42,776 nucleotides of DNA from positions 62,001-104,776 of the forward strand of contig JBGAIN010000011.1 of the NCBI GenBank assembly GCA_044225505.1, in the 5' to 3' direction. The DNA is from Limisphaerales bacterium (GTDB taxonomy: Bacteria > Verrucomicrobiota > Verrucomicrobiia > Limisphaerales > SIBE01). Below are positions 8,186 through 18,618 of the stretch, piece after piece. The position numbers and the translations under genes were made by a program. The notes under the pieces were generated by a model. It made no database searches. It saw only the letters and a list, made by a program, of their open reading frames with translations, and was not told the origin of the DNA. The stretch's first letter is position 1; the number at the start of each line of letters is the position of its first letter.

Positions 8186-8977
8186 ATGGTTGAAAATAAG
8201 GTCCAGCTCGACGTTTTCGAAGGTCCGCTCGATCTCCTTCTTTATCTCGTGAAGAAGGAGGAGGTTAATATTTACGAGGTTAATCTTACCAAAATAGCGA
8301 CGCAATTCGTTCAGTACATCGAGGTCATGCGCGAGTTGGACCTGGATGTTGCGGGCGAGTTCCTGGTAATGGCCGCGACATTGATGTACATCAAAAGCCG
8401 CGAGTTGCTGCCTGTCGACAAGCAAGCCCAGGTCGAAGAGGAAGAAGACGGTGACGATCCGCGTTGGGAGCTCATTCGCCGACTCGTTGAGTACAAGAAA
8501 TTTAAAGACGCGGCCGCCCAGTTGCAGGAGAAGGAAGCGTTGCAGGAGAAGATTTTCCCCCGTATTCCGGGCAAAATCGAGTTTGTGCAGGAAGGGCCTG
8601 CTCTGAAGCCGGATGTCTCGGTCTTCGACTTGATCAATGCGGTTAGCAGTATTCTCAAACGCATCAGTCAGCGGGATCAAACCCGCGATGTCTTCGAGGA
8701 TAAATGGACCGTAAGCGATAAAATCGAGCATTTGCTCAAGCTGACCAAAGAACAACCTCGCTTGCGGTTCTCCGAGCTCTTTGCCGATAGCACCAGCCGC
8801 TTGGAGGTGGTGACGACCTTCTTAGCGGTGCTGGAACTAATCCGACTGAAGGTTTTCAAGGCGGTACAGCCGGAACCGTTTAGCGAAATTGAGATCGTCT
8901 CGGTCGGTGGAGCTGCTCCCGCGGCGCCGGACCGTGAGGATCCTGCCCCTTCGGAAACTGCGCCGGACGCCAATTAA
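8186..8977 (+). CDS. scpA: Segregation and condensation protein A
   Basis: [31 protein letters not shown] and FLAVLELIR motifs. Confidence 0.95.
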   Translation: MVENKVQLDVFEGPLDLLLYLVKKEEVNIYEVNLTKIATQFVQYIEVMRELDLDVAGEFLVMAATLMYIKSRELLPVDKQAQVEEEEDGDDPRWELIRRLVEYKKFKDAAAQLQEKEALQEKIFPRIPGKIEFVQEGPALKPDVSVFDLINAVSSILKRISQRDQTRDVFEDKWTVSDKIEHLLKLTKEQPRLRFSELFADSTSRLEVVTTFLAVLELIRLKVFKAVQPEPFSEIEIVSVGGAAPAAPDREDPAPSETAPDAN

Positions 8978-8988
8978 GGCTCATCCCC

Positions 8989-9741
8989 ATGGAATTGAAG
9001 TTCATTTTGGAGTCCGTGTTGTTTGCTGCGCAGAAGCCTCTCACCCCGCGTGAGCTCCGGGATGTCCTGAGCGCGGCGGTTGAACACGCAGAAGAGGCGA
9101 AGCCCTTCAAGAAAGCCAAAGAAGAGGAGATAATTCCTTTGCTGGAGGAGCTCGAGCGCGAACACCTTCAAGCTGGGCGGACCTATCGATTGGTGTGCGT
9201 GGCGGGTTCTTGGCAGTTTGTCAGCTTGCCAGAATATGCACCTTGGCTGCGCGCGCTGGTGGGCGAGAAAGTGCGGCCACCACGACTATCTCAGCCCGGG
9301 TTGGAGACACTGGCGATCATCGCTTATCGTCAACCCCTGACCCGCAACGAAATGGAACAAATCCGAGGTGTTTCCGTCGATGGCGTGGTGCAAACACTTT
9401 TGGAGCGCGGACTTGTCGAAGCGGTCGGCCGCGCGGAAGTTATCGGCCGTCCAATGACGTATGGCACAACACCGCTCTTTCTCGAATACTTTGGACTTCG
9501 GAGCCTGGACGACCTTCCGGCGGCGGATGAATTGCGTCGAGTCGTTGTCGAGAAGCCCGAAACCCTCCTGACGGTCGAACCGGGATCGGCCACCGCGCCT
9601 CCCGATGACTTAAAGGCGAGCGGTTCAGGCGCGAACTCAGAAGCGCCTGCATCTTCGCCGCCCATTTCATCTGAGGCACCTGCTGTTGACCTGTCTCAAT
9701 CCAGTTCAGAGAATACGGCCCCGGCCGAGCCAAGCCCTTAA
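8989..9741 (+). CDS. scpB: Segregation and condensation protein B
   Basis: [24 protein letters not shown] and [18 protein letters not shown] motifs; follows scpA. Confidence 0.95.
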   Translation: MELKFILESVLFAAQKPLTPRELRDVLSAAVEHAEEAKPFKKAKEEEIIPLLEELEREHLQAGRTYRLVCVAGSWQFVSLPEYAPWLRALVGEKVRPPRLSQPGLETLAIIAYRQPLTRNEMEQIRGVSVDGVVQTLLERGLVEAVGRAEVIGRPMTYGTTPLFLEYFGLRSLDDLPAADELRRVVVEKPETLLTVEPGSATAPPDDLKASGSGANSEAPASSPPISSEAPAVDLSQSSSENTAPAEPSP

Positions 9742-9747
9742 TCTGCT

Positions 9748-10809
9748 ATGTCTCTCCAACAACATCGCCAGGCCATCGATAAGCTCGATCACGAGATTGT
9801 TCGCCTGCTGAACGAGCGGACGCAGCATGTCCTGGAAATCGGCGCCATTAAAATGCGGGCGGGTGAAGAGATATACGCTCCTCATCGGGAATTGGCGGTG
9901 TTAGATCGCCTCTGCAAGCTGAACAAGGGGCCGATGACCAACGATTCCCTTCGGGCGATCTATCGAGAGATTATGTCGAGCGCGCTGTCGCTCGAAAAAT
10001 CGATGACCATCGCTTATTTGGGACCGGAAGCGACTTTCACGCACCAGGCTGCTATCCGACGTTTTGGTTCGAGCTTGCGCTATGTGCCGTTGAAGACGAT
10101 CACCGATGTGTTTGCCGAGGTGAGCAAACGCCGCGCGGAATATGGCGTCGTTCCGGTCGAGAACTCGACGGAAGGGGTGGTCACGCACACTCTGGATATG
10201 TTCGTCGATAGTGACCTTAAGATCGTGGCTCAAATCGTTCTCCCCGTACAGCAATGCCTCCTGTGTCGCGGAAGACGTGCCGATATCAAAAGGCTCTTCG
10301 CCCATCCTCAGTCGCTAGCCCAGTGCCGCGGGTGGATCCAAAACAATCTGCCTCATGTGGAAATCATTGAGACCTCTTCTAATGCTCGGTCTGCAGAACG
10401 CGCCGCAGAAGAACCTGAGTCTGCGGCCATCGCGGGTGCGCTAGCTGCCGAACGATACGGATTAGAGATCCTCGAGTTTGACATTCAGGATAATTCATCG
10501 AACGCCACGCGATTCCTCGTGTTGGGACGCCAATGTTCGCCCGCGACCGGACGCGATCGGACCAGTATTATGCTTAGCATCGTCGATGAAGTGGGGGCCC
10601 TGCATCGAGCCCTGGCGCCGTTGCGTCGTTCCAAGATTAACATGACGAAAATAGAATCACGCCCAAGCAAACGCAAAGCTTGGGAATACTTTTTCTTCGT
10701 CGATTGCGACGGACACATCCAGGATCCTGAGCTCGCTAAAGCGGTTCGTCAATTGGGCAAGCACTGCAACTTCGTCAAGGTGCTTGGATCGTATCCCAAC
10801 GCCGAATAG
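9748..10809 (+). CDS. pheA: Chorismate mutase/prephenate dehydratase (P-protein)
   Basis: AroQ N-terminal domain (RQAIDKLD..LLNER), YLGPEATFT, VPVENSTEG, NATRF, and an ACT domain (KIESRP). Confidence 0.95.
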   Translation: MSLQQHRQAIDKLDHEIVRLLNERTQHVLEIGAIKMRAGEEIYAPHRELAVLDRLCKLNKGPMTNDSLRAIYREIMSSALSLEKSMTIAYLGPEATFTHQAAIRRFGSSLRYVPLKTITDVFAEVSKRRAEYGVVPVENSTEGVVTHTLDMFVDSDLKIVAQIVLPVQQCLLCRGRRADIKRLFAHPQSLAQCRGWIQNNLPHVEIIETSSNARSAERAAEEPESAAIAGALAAERYGLEILEFDIQDNSSNATRFLVLGRQCSPATGRDRTSIMLSIVDEVGALHRALAPLRRSKINMTKIESRPSKRKAWEYFFFVDCDGHIQDPELAKAVRQLGKHCNFVKVLGSYPNAE

Positions 10810-10861
10810 AGATTATCTGCCCCGTGAGCCACGGGATTGGCTTGGTCAGCAGCGGGGCCGA

Positions 10862-11314
10862 TCAAAGGTGTTCCGTGGCGTTCCAGAGAGAAAAGGAAAG
10901 ATTCTCCGATAGTCGACAGAGCATTTCTACCAGCGCTTCCAGCGTTGAAGGCTTGGCCAAGTACCAGTTCGCGCCGTCCTGGTAAGCCAAGCCGACGTCT
11001 GCAGGCTGGTCTGACGCCGAGAAAATAATAAACGGAAGGGTGCGCAACTTCGCATCGCGACGAATCCACTGGACCAGTTCTAGACCGGAACATCGCGGCA
11101 TTTTTAGATCTGAAAGCACGACACCGGGGATGGGATGCTTGGAACGATCTCGAAATCGATTCTGGCCGAGCAAGTACTCTTTTGCCTCCGCACCATCTCG
11201 AACCCACTGGAGATTGGCTCCCGGGTCTGCCCTCTGCAAAGCCCGGCGCAATAGCATAAAGTCATTCTCGTCATCTTCCACGAGCAACCAGACTCTCGGC
11301 TCAGGCGGTCTCAT
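10862..11314 (-). CDS. Single-domain response regulator (Rcp1-like)
   Basis: LLVEDDEND, LSDLKMP and GANWYLAKP receiver motifs. Confidence 0.9.
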   Translation of the reverse strand: MRPPEPRVWLLVEDDENDFMLLRRALQRADPGANLQWVRDGAEAKEYLLGQNRFRDRSKHPIPGVVLSDLKMPRCSGLELVQWIRRDAKLRTLPFIIFSASDQPADVGLAYQDGANWYLAKPSTLEALVEMLCRLSENLSFSLWNATEHL

Positions 11315-11603
11315 TCAACTGTTAGACTACCCTCTCGATGGGGTAGGTGACAAGAATCCTTCGTGGAAAGCCTGAATGGCCTTTCGGGCCGCCCTGCAGT
11401 GCTAGATTGGGGCACAAAATGACCTCGTGGAGCCGACAGGGTTCGCCGTGTTGTCCGGTTCTATTCGATTGTCGACTAAGTCACTGGACGGAATGGTGGT
11501 TCCGGCGTGTCGCGGAGGTGCGAGTGTGCAGGCTTCTCTCCTCGAAGCAGAAAGTTCATTCCCACTTGTCACTCTCTGGCCCTCACCTTACCTTGCCTAA
11601 CAC

Positions 11604-12395
11604 GTGCATAGCGTCGCTTTTCAGTTGGGTAGCTTCACCATTTACTGGTATGGAGTCCTTGCCGCGCTTGGGTTTTTGGCGGCGTTTTGGACAAGCAGCC
11701 GTCGCGCGCCGCGCGAGGGATTCTCTCCGGATACGGTGGTGGATCTGGCTCCTTGGTTAATTGGGGGAGCGATCGTCGGGGCGCGTCTGTTCTATGTAGT
11801 CACTCACTGGGAGGCGGAATTTGCCCATGAGCCACTCTCCAATGTGTTCGCTTTGCGAAGGAGCGGACTGGTGTGGTATGGTGGCCTGATCGGGGCATCG
11901 CTGGCCACGATTGCGTATGCGCGCAAAGCCAAAGTATCGCTTTGGAAACTGGCAGATGTGATTGCGCCGAGCATCGCTCTCGGCCACGTGTTTGGACGGT
12001 TTGGCTGTTTGATGACGGGATGTTGTTACGGGCGTCCAACGGATTTGCCCTGGGCAGTTCGGTTCCCGAGCGATCATTGGACCGGAGGTGTCCCGGTGCA
12101 TCCGACCCAGATTTATGAAGCGCTATTGAACGCCGCGCTTTATTTCGGCCTGATGAGACTCTACCGCCGTAAGTCCTTCGACGGTCAGATATTTGCCGCT
12201 TACTTATTAGGTTATGCGGTTCTGCGTGCGATTGTGGAGGCATTTCGCGGGGACTATCCAAAGTACTACCTCGGAGGGCACGTGACTCCGGCGCAATTCG
12301 TCAGTATAGGAATATTCCTCGCGGGCGCGGTGTTGTTCTGGCGGTTGTCGGAAGGAGCTGCTTCGTTTGCAGGTGAGAAGAGCGATGTCCGGTGA
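11604..12395 (+). CDS. lgt: Prolipoprotein diacylglyceryl transferase
   Basis: YWYG, GARLFYV, GGLIG, GRFGC and HPTQIYE motifs; GTG start. Confidence 0.95.
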   Translation: MHSVAFQLGSFTIYWYGVLAALGFLAAFWTSSRRAPREGFSPDTVVDLAPWLIGGAIVGARLFYVVTHWEAEFAHEPLSNVFALRRSGLVWYGGLIGASLATIAYARKAKVSLWKLADVIAPSIALGHVFGRFGCLMTGCCYGRPTDLPWAVRFPSDHWTGGVPVHPTQIYEALLNAALYFGLMRLYRRKSFDGQIFAAYLLGYAVLRAIVEAFRGDYPKYYLGGHVTPAQFVSIGIFLAGAVLFWRLSEGAASFAGEKSDVR

Positions 12396-13356
12396 TACTC
12401 AGATTATCGTCGTCCCGAGCTACCGGCCGAAGGAACGGCTTGACACCTTCCTGCGCACCTATTTCCCGGTGCTCTCACGGGGTGCAATCCAGCGCTTAAT
12501 CGAGCAGGGCGATATCCGGGTGAATGGGCTCGCAGTGAAGTCCACGCACTGCCCGCATATAGGCGAGACGATCGAGGTCCATTGCCCGCCGCCCAAGCCT
12601 TGCACCGCTTTGCCGGAAGAGATGCCGCTCGCGATGCTTTTCGAAGATGAGGAGATCCTTGTCCTAAACAAAGCGCCAGGTCTTGTCGTTCATCCGGCCG
12701 CTGGACACGAAGAACATACGTTGGTCAATGCTCTGCTGCATCATTGCCAGGGTGGCCTGAGCGGTATTGGCGGTGTGGCACGGCCTGGGATTGTGCATCG
12801 TCTCGACAAGGATACGAGCGGTTGTTTGGTTGTCGCCAAGAACGATGCGGCCCATTTGGGATTGGCCGTACAGTTTGCGAATCGGAAGGTCCATAAACTC
12901 TACGAGGCGATTGTTTGCGGCGAGTTGCCCAACCTCAAAGGCGAGATCCGGACTGGTATCGCGCGTCACCCGAACCATCGCAAGCGCATGGCGGTAATCG
13001 ACGGGGGGCGAGACGCCTGGACAAGCTACCGGGTTCAGCGCCGACTTCGGGGCGCCACTTTCCTGCAGGCCGAATTGCATACCGGACGGACTCATCAAAT
13101 CCGCGTGCATCTGCAACATCTTGGATTTCCGCTGGTAGGTGACGACGTTTACGGAAAGCGGCAAAACCAGCGCTTGCGGGAAGCGCAAGGTTACACTTCG
13201 CCTCGTCAACTGCTGCATGCCTCTGTTCTGAGTTTTGTTCATCCCAAAACGAACGAGGAGATGCGGTTTGAAGCACCGCTACCGGAAGACTTTCGTGATG
13301 CTCTAGCGAGATTGGCGCTTCTGCGCGACCCTGGTGAATCGCCCGGGGTAGGCTAA
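12385..13356 (+). CDS. rluD: RluA/RluD-family 23S rRNA pseudouridine synthase
   Basis: N-terminal S4 domain (RLD..L...SR), NKAPGLVVHP, GIVHRLDKDTSG and TGRTHQIRVH motifs. Confidence 0.85.
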   Translation: MSGDTQIIVVPSYRPKERLDTFLRTYFPVLSRGAIQRLIEQGDIRVNGLAVKSTHCPHIGETIEVHCPPPKPCTALPEEMPLAMLFEDEEILVLNKAPGLVVHPAAGHEEHTLVNALLHHCQGGLSGIGGVARPGIVHRLDKDTSGCLVVAKNDAAHLGLAVQFANRKVHKLYEAIVCGELPNLKGEIRTGIARHPNHRKRMAVIDGGRDAWTSYRVQRRLRGATFLQAELHTGRTHQIRVHLQHLGFPLVGDDVYGKRQNQRLREAQGYTSPRQLLHASVLSFVHPKTNEEMRFEAPLPEDFRDALARLALLRDPGESPGVG

Positions 13357-13364
13357 CTTACCGC

Positions 13365-13865
13365 ATGAGCGTCGACCAATGGATCGGTTTAAGCTTGGCC
13401 CTAATTCTAATGGCCATCGGGTTGGTCGGAAGTGTCCTTCCCGGACTGCCGAGCACACCGCTGGTGCTCGTGGCTGCGATTGGACACCGGGTTTACTTTG
13501 GCGAAGCCAGTGTGAGCAATGCAATACTGGCGATCCTCATTTTGGTGACTTTGTTTTCGCTCGTCTTGGACTATCTCGCAAGCGTCTTGGGTGCAAAGAA
13601 GATGGGAGCGACCTGGCGAGGGATTGCAGGCGCCGTCATTGGCGCCGTCGTTGGGTTGTTCTTCGGACCATTCGGTATTTTCCTCGGGCCATTTCTTGGA
13701 GCGCTTGCCTTTGAACTTGTGGGTGGGCGCGAATTACCTGCGGCGGCGCGGGCTGGGGCCGGGGCATTGATCGGATTAGTGTTGGGGGCCGCCGGGAAGT
13801 TGGCGTGTTGTGTCGCGATGATGGGCTTGTTTGCCATCAATGTGATCAGCCGGTCGAACGGGTAG
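13365..13865 (+). CDS. DUF456-family membrane protein
   Basis: GSVLPGLP, DYLASVLGAKKMGA and GIFLGPFLGA motifs; multiple TMs. Confidence 0.8.
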   Translation: MSVDQWIGLSLALILMAIGLVGSVLPGLPSTPLVLVAAIGHRVYFGEASVSNAILAILILVTLFSLVLDYLASVLGAKKMGATWRGIAGAVIGAVVGLFFGPFGIFLGPFLGALAFELVGGRELPAAARAGAGALIGLVLGAAGKLACCVAMMGLFAINVISRSNG

Positions 13866-13905
13866 GGGTGATTGTCATTCGCACGGTCATTGCTAGAATC
13901 TATCC

Positions 13906-14202
13906 ATGACACGCCACTGTTGGAAATGCGGTTGGGAATGGACACTGAGCGTTCAACCCGGTCGGAGCGATTCCTGTCACGGCTGCGGCAACGATATGAA
14001 GGTTTGCCTTAACTGCGTGAGTTATGATTCGAGAGTCGCTCATCAATGTCGGGACCGTCGTGCGGATCCAGTCGGCGAGAAACAAGCGGCTAACTTTTGT
14101 GAATACTTCGAGATGATCCGGCGCGTTTACAAAGCGCCGGAGGGTGGCAATCCCAGGGAATCTGCGGCTCGAGAGCAGTTGAAGAAGTTGTTTGGAGACT
14201 GA
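13906..14202 (+). CDS. Small Cys-rich putative zinc-binding protein
   Basis: CWKC, CHGC, CLNC, C..., ANFCEYF; has its own promoter-like motif. Confidence 0.75.
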   Translation: MTRHCWKCGWEWTLSVQPGRSDSCHGCGNDMKVCLNCVSYDSRVAHQCRDRRADPVGEKQAANFCEYFEMIRRVYKAPEGGNPRESAAREQLKKLFGD

Positions 14203-14228
14203 TAAACGGACCGTTGGGCCCTGCGCAA

Positions 14229-16160
14229 TCACTCCAAATCGATGCGACCCCAGTCTTCTGGGCGGCCCATCACTCCCGATCGGGGAGCCCACGCAAGACG
14301 CGATTTGTTGATATTCTCGCCCGGCAGAGCGTCGCGTTTGTCACCGTCGTAGATTAACAGGTTAAACCCAAGGCGCTTCGTGGAGGCAACCTCGACGCCG
14401 AGTTCGCCCATTGGGATCGCTGCCCGGACATGGTAGCCTCCAGGCACGCGCCACGATGTCAGCCGCGTCCTTGGCGCGGTCTCTTCCGCGGGACCCTGAT
14501 TTGCGTCGGCATCGCGCGCGGCGCGGACTGTTCCTGTCGTGTCAAACGGGAATATCCCTAGCTTGTAGCATCCCATTGTATGTTCGGAGCCCGGGGTTGG
14601 GTCCACGCAGATCTCGATCGAATCACTTCGCCAGTGGCCCTTGATGTCATTGGTCGCGATGTTGCTGACCACAATGTCGTCTTGAACATGGACGTCCACA
14701 AAGAGCGTTTTCCCATCGTGGGCGATGCGGAACCGTGCGCTGTTATCGTCGTCGTTAGCAACTTTGCCTTGCCAGGTCTGGGTCGCTCCAATGTGAAGTT
14801 CTGGAACGCGATCCCAGCCAGCGTCCGTCTGGTCCATCGTCAAGCCCTGGGAAAGGCGAATGACGGCTGCGCGCGGAACAGGATGCAGAGTTGCGCTGGC
14901 GACGATCGGGCCATCCGACCCGTCAAGGGCCGCTGTTAATTCGACATCGGCGTCGGCTTGTGCGGGGGGAACGACGTGCAGCCTAATCTCCTGGCTTGAG
15001 CTTGCTGCGACTTGTGTGGCGATAGAAACTTGGTCAGCCCTCCAGCCTTCCGGCAAGGCGAGCTTAAGTACCCCAGAGAACGCCCTGGGTCCATGGTTCA
15101 CGACTTGCAGCACAATCAAGTTCGGTTCCGCGGCAACGACAGGCAGATCCGCCCGGAATTGGGCCGCGACATGGGCAATGCCCTGCTGCTCTGCCCAGGT
15201 GCGATACCGAGCAACGGCTGGCCGGGGGATGAAGCGGATTCGAACCTGAGCCTCCTGAGCTTGAGGGAATTCCACAGCGAGTAGGGGACTTGTGGCTACG
15301 CCGTCGAGAAGGTCATGGCCAGTCTCGCCGTTTGGAACAAAGCTTTTCCCGAGGGTGAATTTCTGCGGTCGTTGCAGCCAAGGGGAGTCTCCGAAGTTGC
15401 CAAACGCTTGAGATCGATGGTTGGACAAGGCGCGGCCGGCGATCTTGGCGGCGGTCTCCTTTTCTCGAATTACCTTCGTAACGTCGATCGTTGTGATGAT
15501 CCCGGTGCTGCCTCCGCTATAATAGAGTTTTCGCACTTGCCAAGGGTTCAGCCCTTCCTTGGAGAGTTGGAGTGCGAAGCGCTTGGGGTCTGCGGCCGCA
15601 GCGAATGCCTCCGTCGCGAGGATCCCAGCGGCTTGATGGTGTCCATGCTGGCCCGGATTGGGCGCTGGGTTCATGGTGACCAGCACGTCTGGACGCAAGG
15701 ATCGGATAAGCCGCACCAACCGTTCCAGCGTTTGCTCTTTGTTCCACTTGTCCAGCGTTGCGGCGGCACTTTCGGTATAAGCCCAGTCGAGACAGTCCAG
15801 GAAGTAACAATACTTTACACCGAGTACTTCTAGACATTCGCGCAGTTCGCCTTCACGCAGTATTCCGAGGGCCGCGCCCGATTGAGTGCCGACCATATTT
15901 CCGCCCCCTTCCCCGCGAGTGCAATAAATGTTGGCGACAACCGAGGTCCGGCCGAGGGCATAGGTGGCGAGCGTCGCGGCCACGCCAGTCTCGTCATCTG
16001 GATGCGCGAAAACACCCATGAGATCGGCTTTTAAGAGGTCCGCGCCTTGCCTGACGACAGCGTCGGCGCCGATCGCAGTGTTGCCAGACAGAATTAAAAC
16101 GAGCAAGCCGAGGGCACTCGCGCGGGCGAGATACCTCACGGCCAAAGCCATGGAGAACAT
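14229..16160 (-). CDS. Secreted PIG-L/LmbE-family deacetylase with NEW3-like and CBM9-like domains
   Basis: Signal peptide; AHPDDE, TRGEGG and HGHH motifs; LPEGW NEW3-like segment; C-terminal DSIEI..D and GFNLLIYDGD CBM9/DOMON-like segment. Confidence 0.8.
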   Translation of the reverse strand: MFSMALAVRYLARASALGLLVLILSGNTAIGADAVVRQGADLLKADLMGVFAHPDDETGVAATLATYALGRTSVVANIYCTRGEGGGNMVGTQSGAALGILREGELRECLEVLGVKYCYFLDCLDWAYTESAAATLDKWNKEQTLERLVRLIRSLRPDVLVTMNPAPNPGQHGHHQAAGILATEAFAAAADPKRFALQLSKEGLNPWQVRKLYYSGGSTGIITTIDVTKVIREKETAAKIAGRALSNHRSQAFGNFGDSPWLQRPQKFTLGKSFVPNGETGHDLLDGVATSPLLAVEFPQAQEAQVRIRFIPRPAVARYRTWAEQQGIAHVAAQFRADLPVVAAEPNLIVLQVVNHGPRAFSGVLKLALPEGWRADQVSIATQVAASSSQEIRLHVVPPAQADADVELTAALDGSDGPIVASATLHPVPRAAVIRLSQGLTMDQTDAGWDRVPELHIGATQTWQGKVANDDDNSARFRIAHDGKTLFVDVHVQDDIVVSNIATNDIKGHWRSDSIEICVDPTPGSEHTMGCYKLGIFPFDTTGTVRAARDADANQGPAEETAPRTRLTSWRVPGGYHVRAAIPMGELGVEVASTKRLGFNLLIYDGDKRDALPGENINKSRLAWAPRSGVMGRPEDWGRIDLE

Positions 16161-16210
16161 TTGGCCAATTGAGCCCGGTCTGTTCAGAATGGCAACGCGT
16201 TTCTTCGCGG

Positions 16211-17683
16211 TTACTCAATTCGTGGGTTGAGCAAGCCGAGAAAGCGATCGTGAGCCTGAGCCCAGGTGTTGGGGTTTTGAGGATCAATCCGTTGCAGGTC
16301 GATTGAACGGCGCACCAGGTCCCGAGCGGCGTCGAGCGAAGGGAGGTGTCCTAAGGCAATGGCCTGGACCAGAACATTTCCCATCGCCGTTGCTTCTGTG
16401 GGGCCGACCCAGACCGGAATTTGCAGGGCGTTTGCTGTGAACTGATTGAGCAATGCATTCTTGCTACCTCCGCCGACGATATGCAATCGGTCAATCCGTT
16501 CTCCGGTGAGCTGTTCAATCTGAGTGAGAGTAAGTCGATAGAGCAACGCTAGGCTTTCGAGCACGGACCGAATAATCGCTCCTGGAGTTTCCGGGATGGG
16601 CTGTTTTGTCTCTCGGCAAAACGCGGCAATTTTGGCCGGCATTTCATCCGGACCGAGAAAGCGTGGGTCGGTTGGATTGATCAACGCGCTAAAGGGTGGG
16701 GCCGCTGCGGCCAGATCGGTCAATGCGCTATAGCTGAAGTCGTGCCCTTGAGATGCCCACTTTCGACGGCATTCTTGCACCAGCCACAGCCCGCTAATGT
16801 TCTTCAAGAGACGCACGGTTCCTCCGTGCCCGATTTCGTTGGTGAAATTAAGGTCTCGACACGCGTCCGTGACGATGGGTTCATTCCTCTCCACACCCAT
16901 CAACGACCAGGTTCCGCTGCTCAGGTAGGCCCAGCCCGATCCAGAGGCTGGAACGGCAGCCACAGCCGCTCCGGTGTCGTGCGAACAGCTCGCTACGACT
17001 TCAATGGGGCCGCAGCCAGTTTCGCGTCGCAATTCCGCGGACAAGGTTCCAAGGCGCGTTCCCGAAGGAACAATTTCCGGAAACAGCTCGCGTCGAAATC
17101 CCATCGCGTCAATCAGAGCCGTTGACCAGTTTCGCAGGCGCGGGTTGTAAAGCTGGAATGTGCTTGCCATGGATTGTTCCACCGCCACGCGTCCGCCAAA
17201 CAAAAAATTGAATCCATCCCCAATGCCTACAATCCACCGGGCTTGCTGGAGGCGTTCCGGACGCTCGGCAGCAAGTTGAAAAAGCGTGTTAAGTACCATG
17301 AATTGAATGCCGGATTCGGCAAAGATGGTTTTCCAATCCACTTTTGCCAATGCGTTTTCCACGCCCTGCTTGGTCCTGGAATCCCGATAATGAAACGTTG
17401 GCGCAAGCACCGACCCATCTTCCTTGAGCAACAGGTAATCGACTCCCCAAGAATCGGTGCTGATACTGGAAATCGGAAGCTTTTTGGCCGCGACTTTCCG
17501 CAGCCCAGCTTTTGCTTCCTGCAAGAGGCTCGAGATATCCCAATGCAGTGAGTGCTCTGTCTTGATTGGGACGTTTTGAAATCGATGAACCTCCTCGAGA
17601 TACAGGCCAGTTTCTGAAAGGCGTCCTAGCATGACGCGGCCACTTTCGGCTCCCAAATCACAGGCTAGATAATGGGTCATCAT
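16211..17683 (-). CDS. rhaB: Rhamnulokinase/fuculokinase-family sugar kinase
   Basis: DLGAESGR, DSWGVDY, SHDTGAAV, SSGTWSLMG, FTNE and GPTEATAMGN motifs. Confidence 0.88.
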   Translation of the reverse strand: MMTHYLACDLGAESGRVMLGRLSETGLYLEEVHRFQNVPIKTEHSLHWDISSLLQEAKAGLRKVAAKKLPISSISTDSWGVDYLLLKEDGSVLAPTFHYRDSRTKQGVENALAKVDWKTIFAESGIQFMVLNTLFQLAAERPERLQQARWIVGIGDGFNFLFGGRVAVEQSMASTFQLYNPRLRNWSTALIDAMGFRRELFPEIVPSGTRLGTLSAELRRETGCGPIEVVASCSHDTGAAVAAVPASGSGWAYLSSGTWSLMGVERNEPIVTDACRDLNFTNEIGHGGTVRLLKNISGLWLVQECRRKWASQGHDFSYSALTDLAAAAPPFSALINPTDPRFLGPDEMPAKIAAFCRETKQPIPETPGAIIRSVLESLALLYRLTLTQIEQLTGERIDRLHIVGGGSKNALLNQFTANALQIPVWVGPTEATAMGNVLVQAIALGHLPSLDAARDLVRRSIDLQRIDPQNPNTWAQAHDRFLGLLNPRIE

Positions 17684-18438
17684 GGTTTCGAAACTAGCTG
17701 CCGCTGGCGATAGGCCTCGTCCGGGCGGCCGGCAATGCGGTCCACATGTTGAGGGGAGAGGAAGTTGGGGCCTCCCAGAGCAGCTGCGCCGACGAAGATT
17801 TGGGCGGCCTTGGCCGCCATGAGGGTTGCTGCCAAGACCACGCTCGGGGAGTTGCCCAATGCGATGATCCCGTGATTCTGGAGCACAATTAGCTTCGGGG
17901 TATGTCCCTGTTGCTGCATAAAAGCGTTTGTTCGATCCCGGATCTCGCGTGCCAGCACGAGACCGGGATCGGCATAAGGAATGAAGACCGACGATGCGCC
18001 ACAGTAAACAATCTCATCCGGAAAGAGCCGCCGCTCGGCAAAATCGCGCGCGCGGGGAGAACACAGGATTTGGTTTGCGGTCATGCAATGGGTATGTCCC
18101 ACGAATGCTACGTCGGTCAACGTTAGCAGCCACGCGTGGAATACGGCTTCGATACTTGGTTTCTTGCCTTGCCCTTCCAGGCGAGCGTTTAGCAGCGCGG
18201 TGTTCAGCTCTTGATCAGTGAGATTCTTCTTGTCGAGGAGCGCAAGGACCGCGGTCGTGTCGCAGCGAGTGATGTCATCTCCGGTGAGGGTGGCGAGGTT
18301 GCAGCCGCTGGCTTTGACGGCAAACGCATCGTCGCCGAGTTTCACTGAAGTGTTGCCCTCTCCGAGGATCGCCAGTTGCCTGTCTTCTCTCCCAAGTTCG
18401 TGAGACAGCTCCACCAGTTCTGCAAGCGGGTCTTTCAT
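17680..18438 (-). CDS. Class II aldolase/adducin-family protein (rhamnulose/fuculose-1-P aldolase-like)
   Basis: GEGNTS, VKASG, PSIEAVFH, HTH and LQNHG motifs; overlaps the kinase start. Confidence 0.85.
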   Translation of the reverse strand: MKDPLAELVELSHELGREDRQLAILGEGNTSVKLGDDAFAVKASGCNLATLTGDDITRCDTTAVLALLDKKNLTDQELNTALLNARLEGQGKKPSIEAVFHAWLLTLTDVAFVGHTHCMTANQILCSPRARDFAERRLFPDEIVYCGASSVFIPYADPGLVLAREIRDRTNAFMQQQGHTPKLIVLQNHGIIALGNSPSVVLAATLMAAKAAQIFVGAAALGGPNFLSPQHVDRIAGRPDEAYRQRQLVSKP

Positions 18439-18618
18439 TGTGACGCGTTTAGATCGAGTCAGGCGATCGTGATCATGACATGAACGTCTCTATCGTAGAA
18501 CGGTTCGTCCTCATGGACAAGCCGCTCCGGAGTTCGTTTTGGCCCTCGGGACACCCACTCAAGCGATTTACTCAAAAGGCGAGGGACCTTTTTCGAAGGC
18601 GTAGCTTCCGCGGTTGGC

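Noticed and set aside
8186..9741. scpAB as a Wadjet/MksBEF-type defence condensin
   Set aside because: Sequences are canonical ScpA/ScpB, with no adjacent SMC-like ATPase or JetD nuclease; separation from smc is common.
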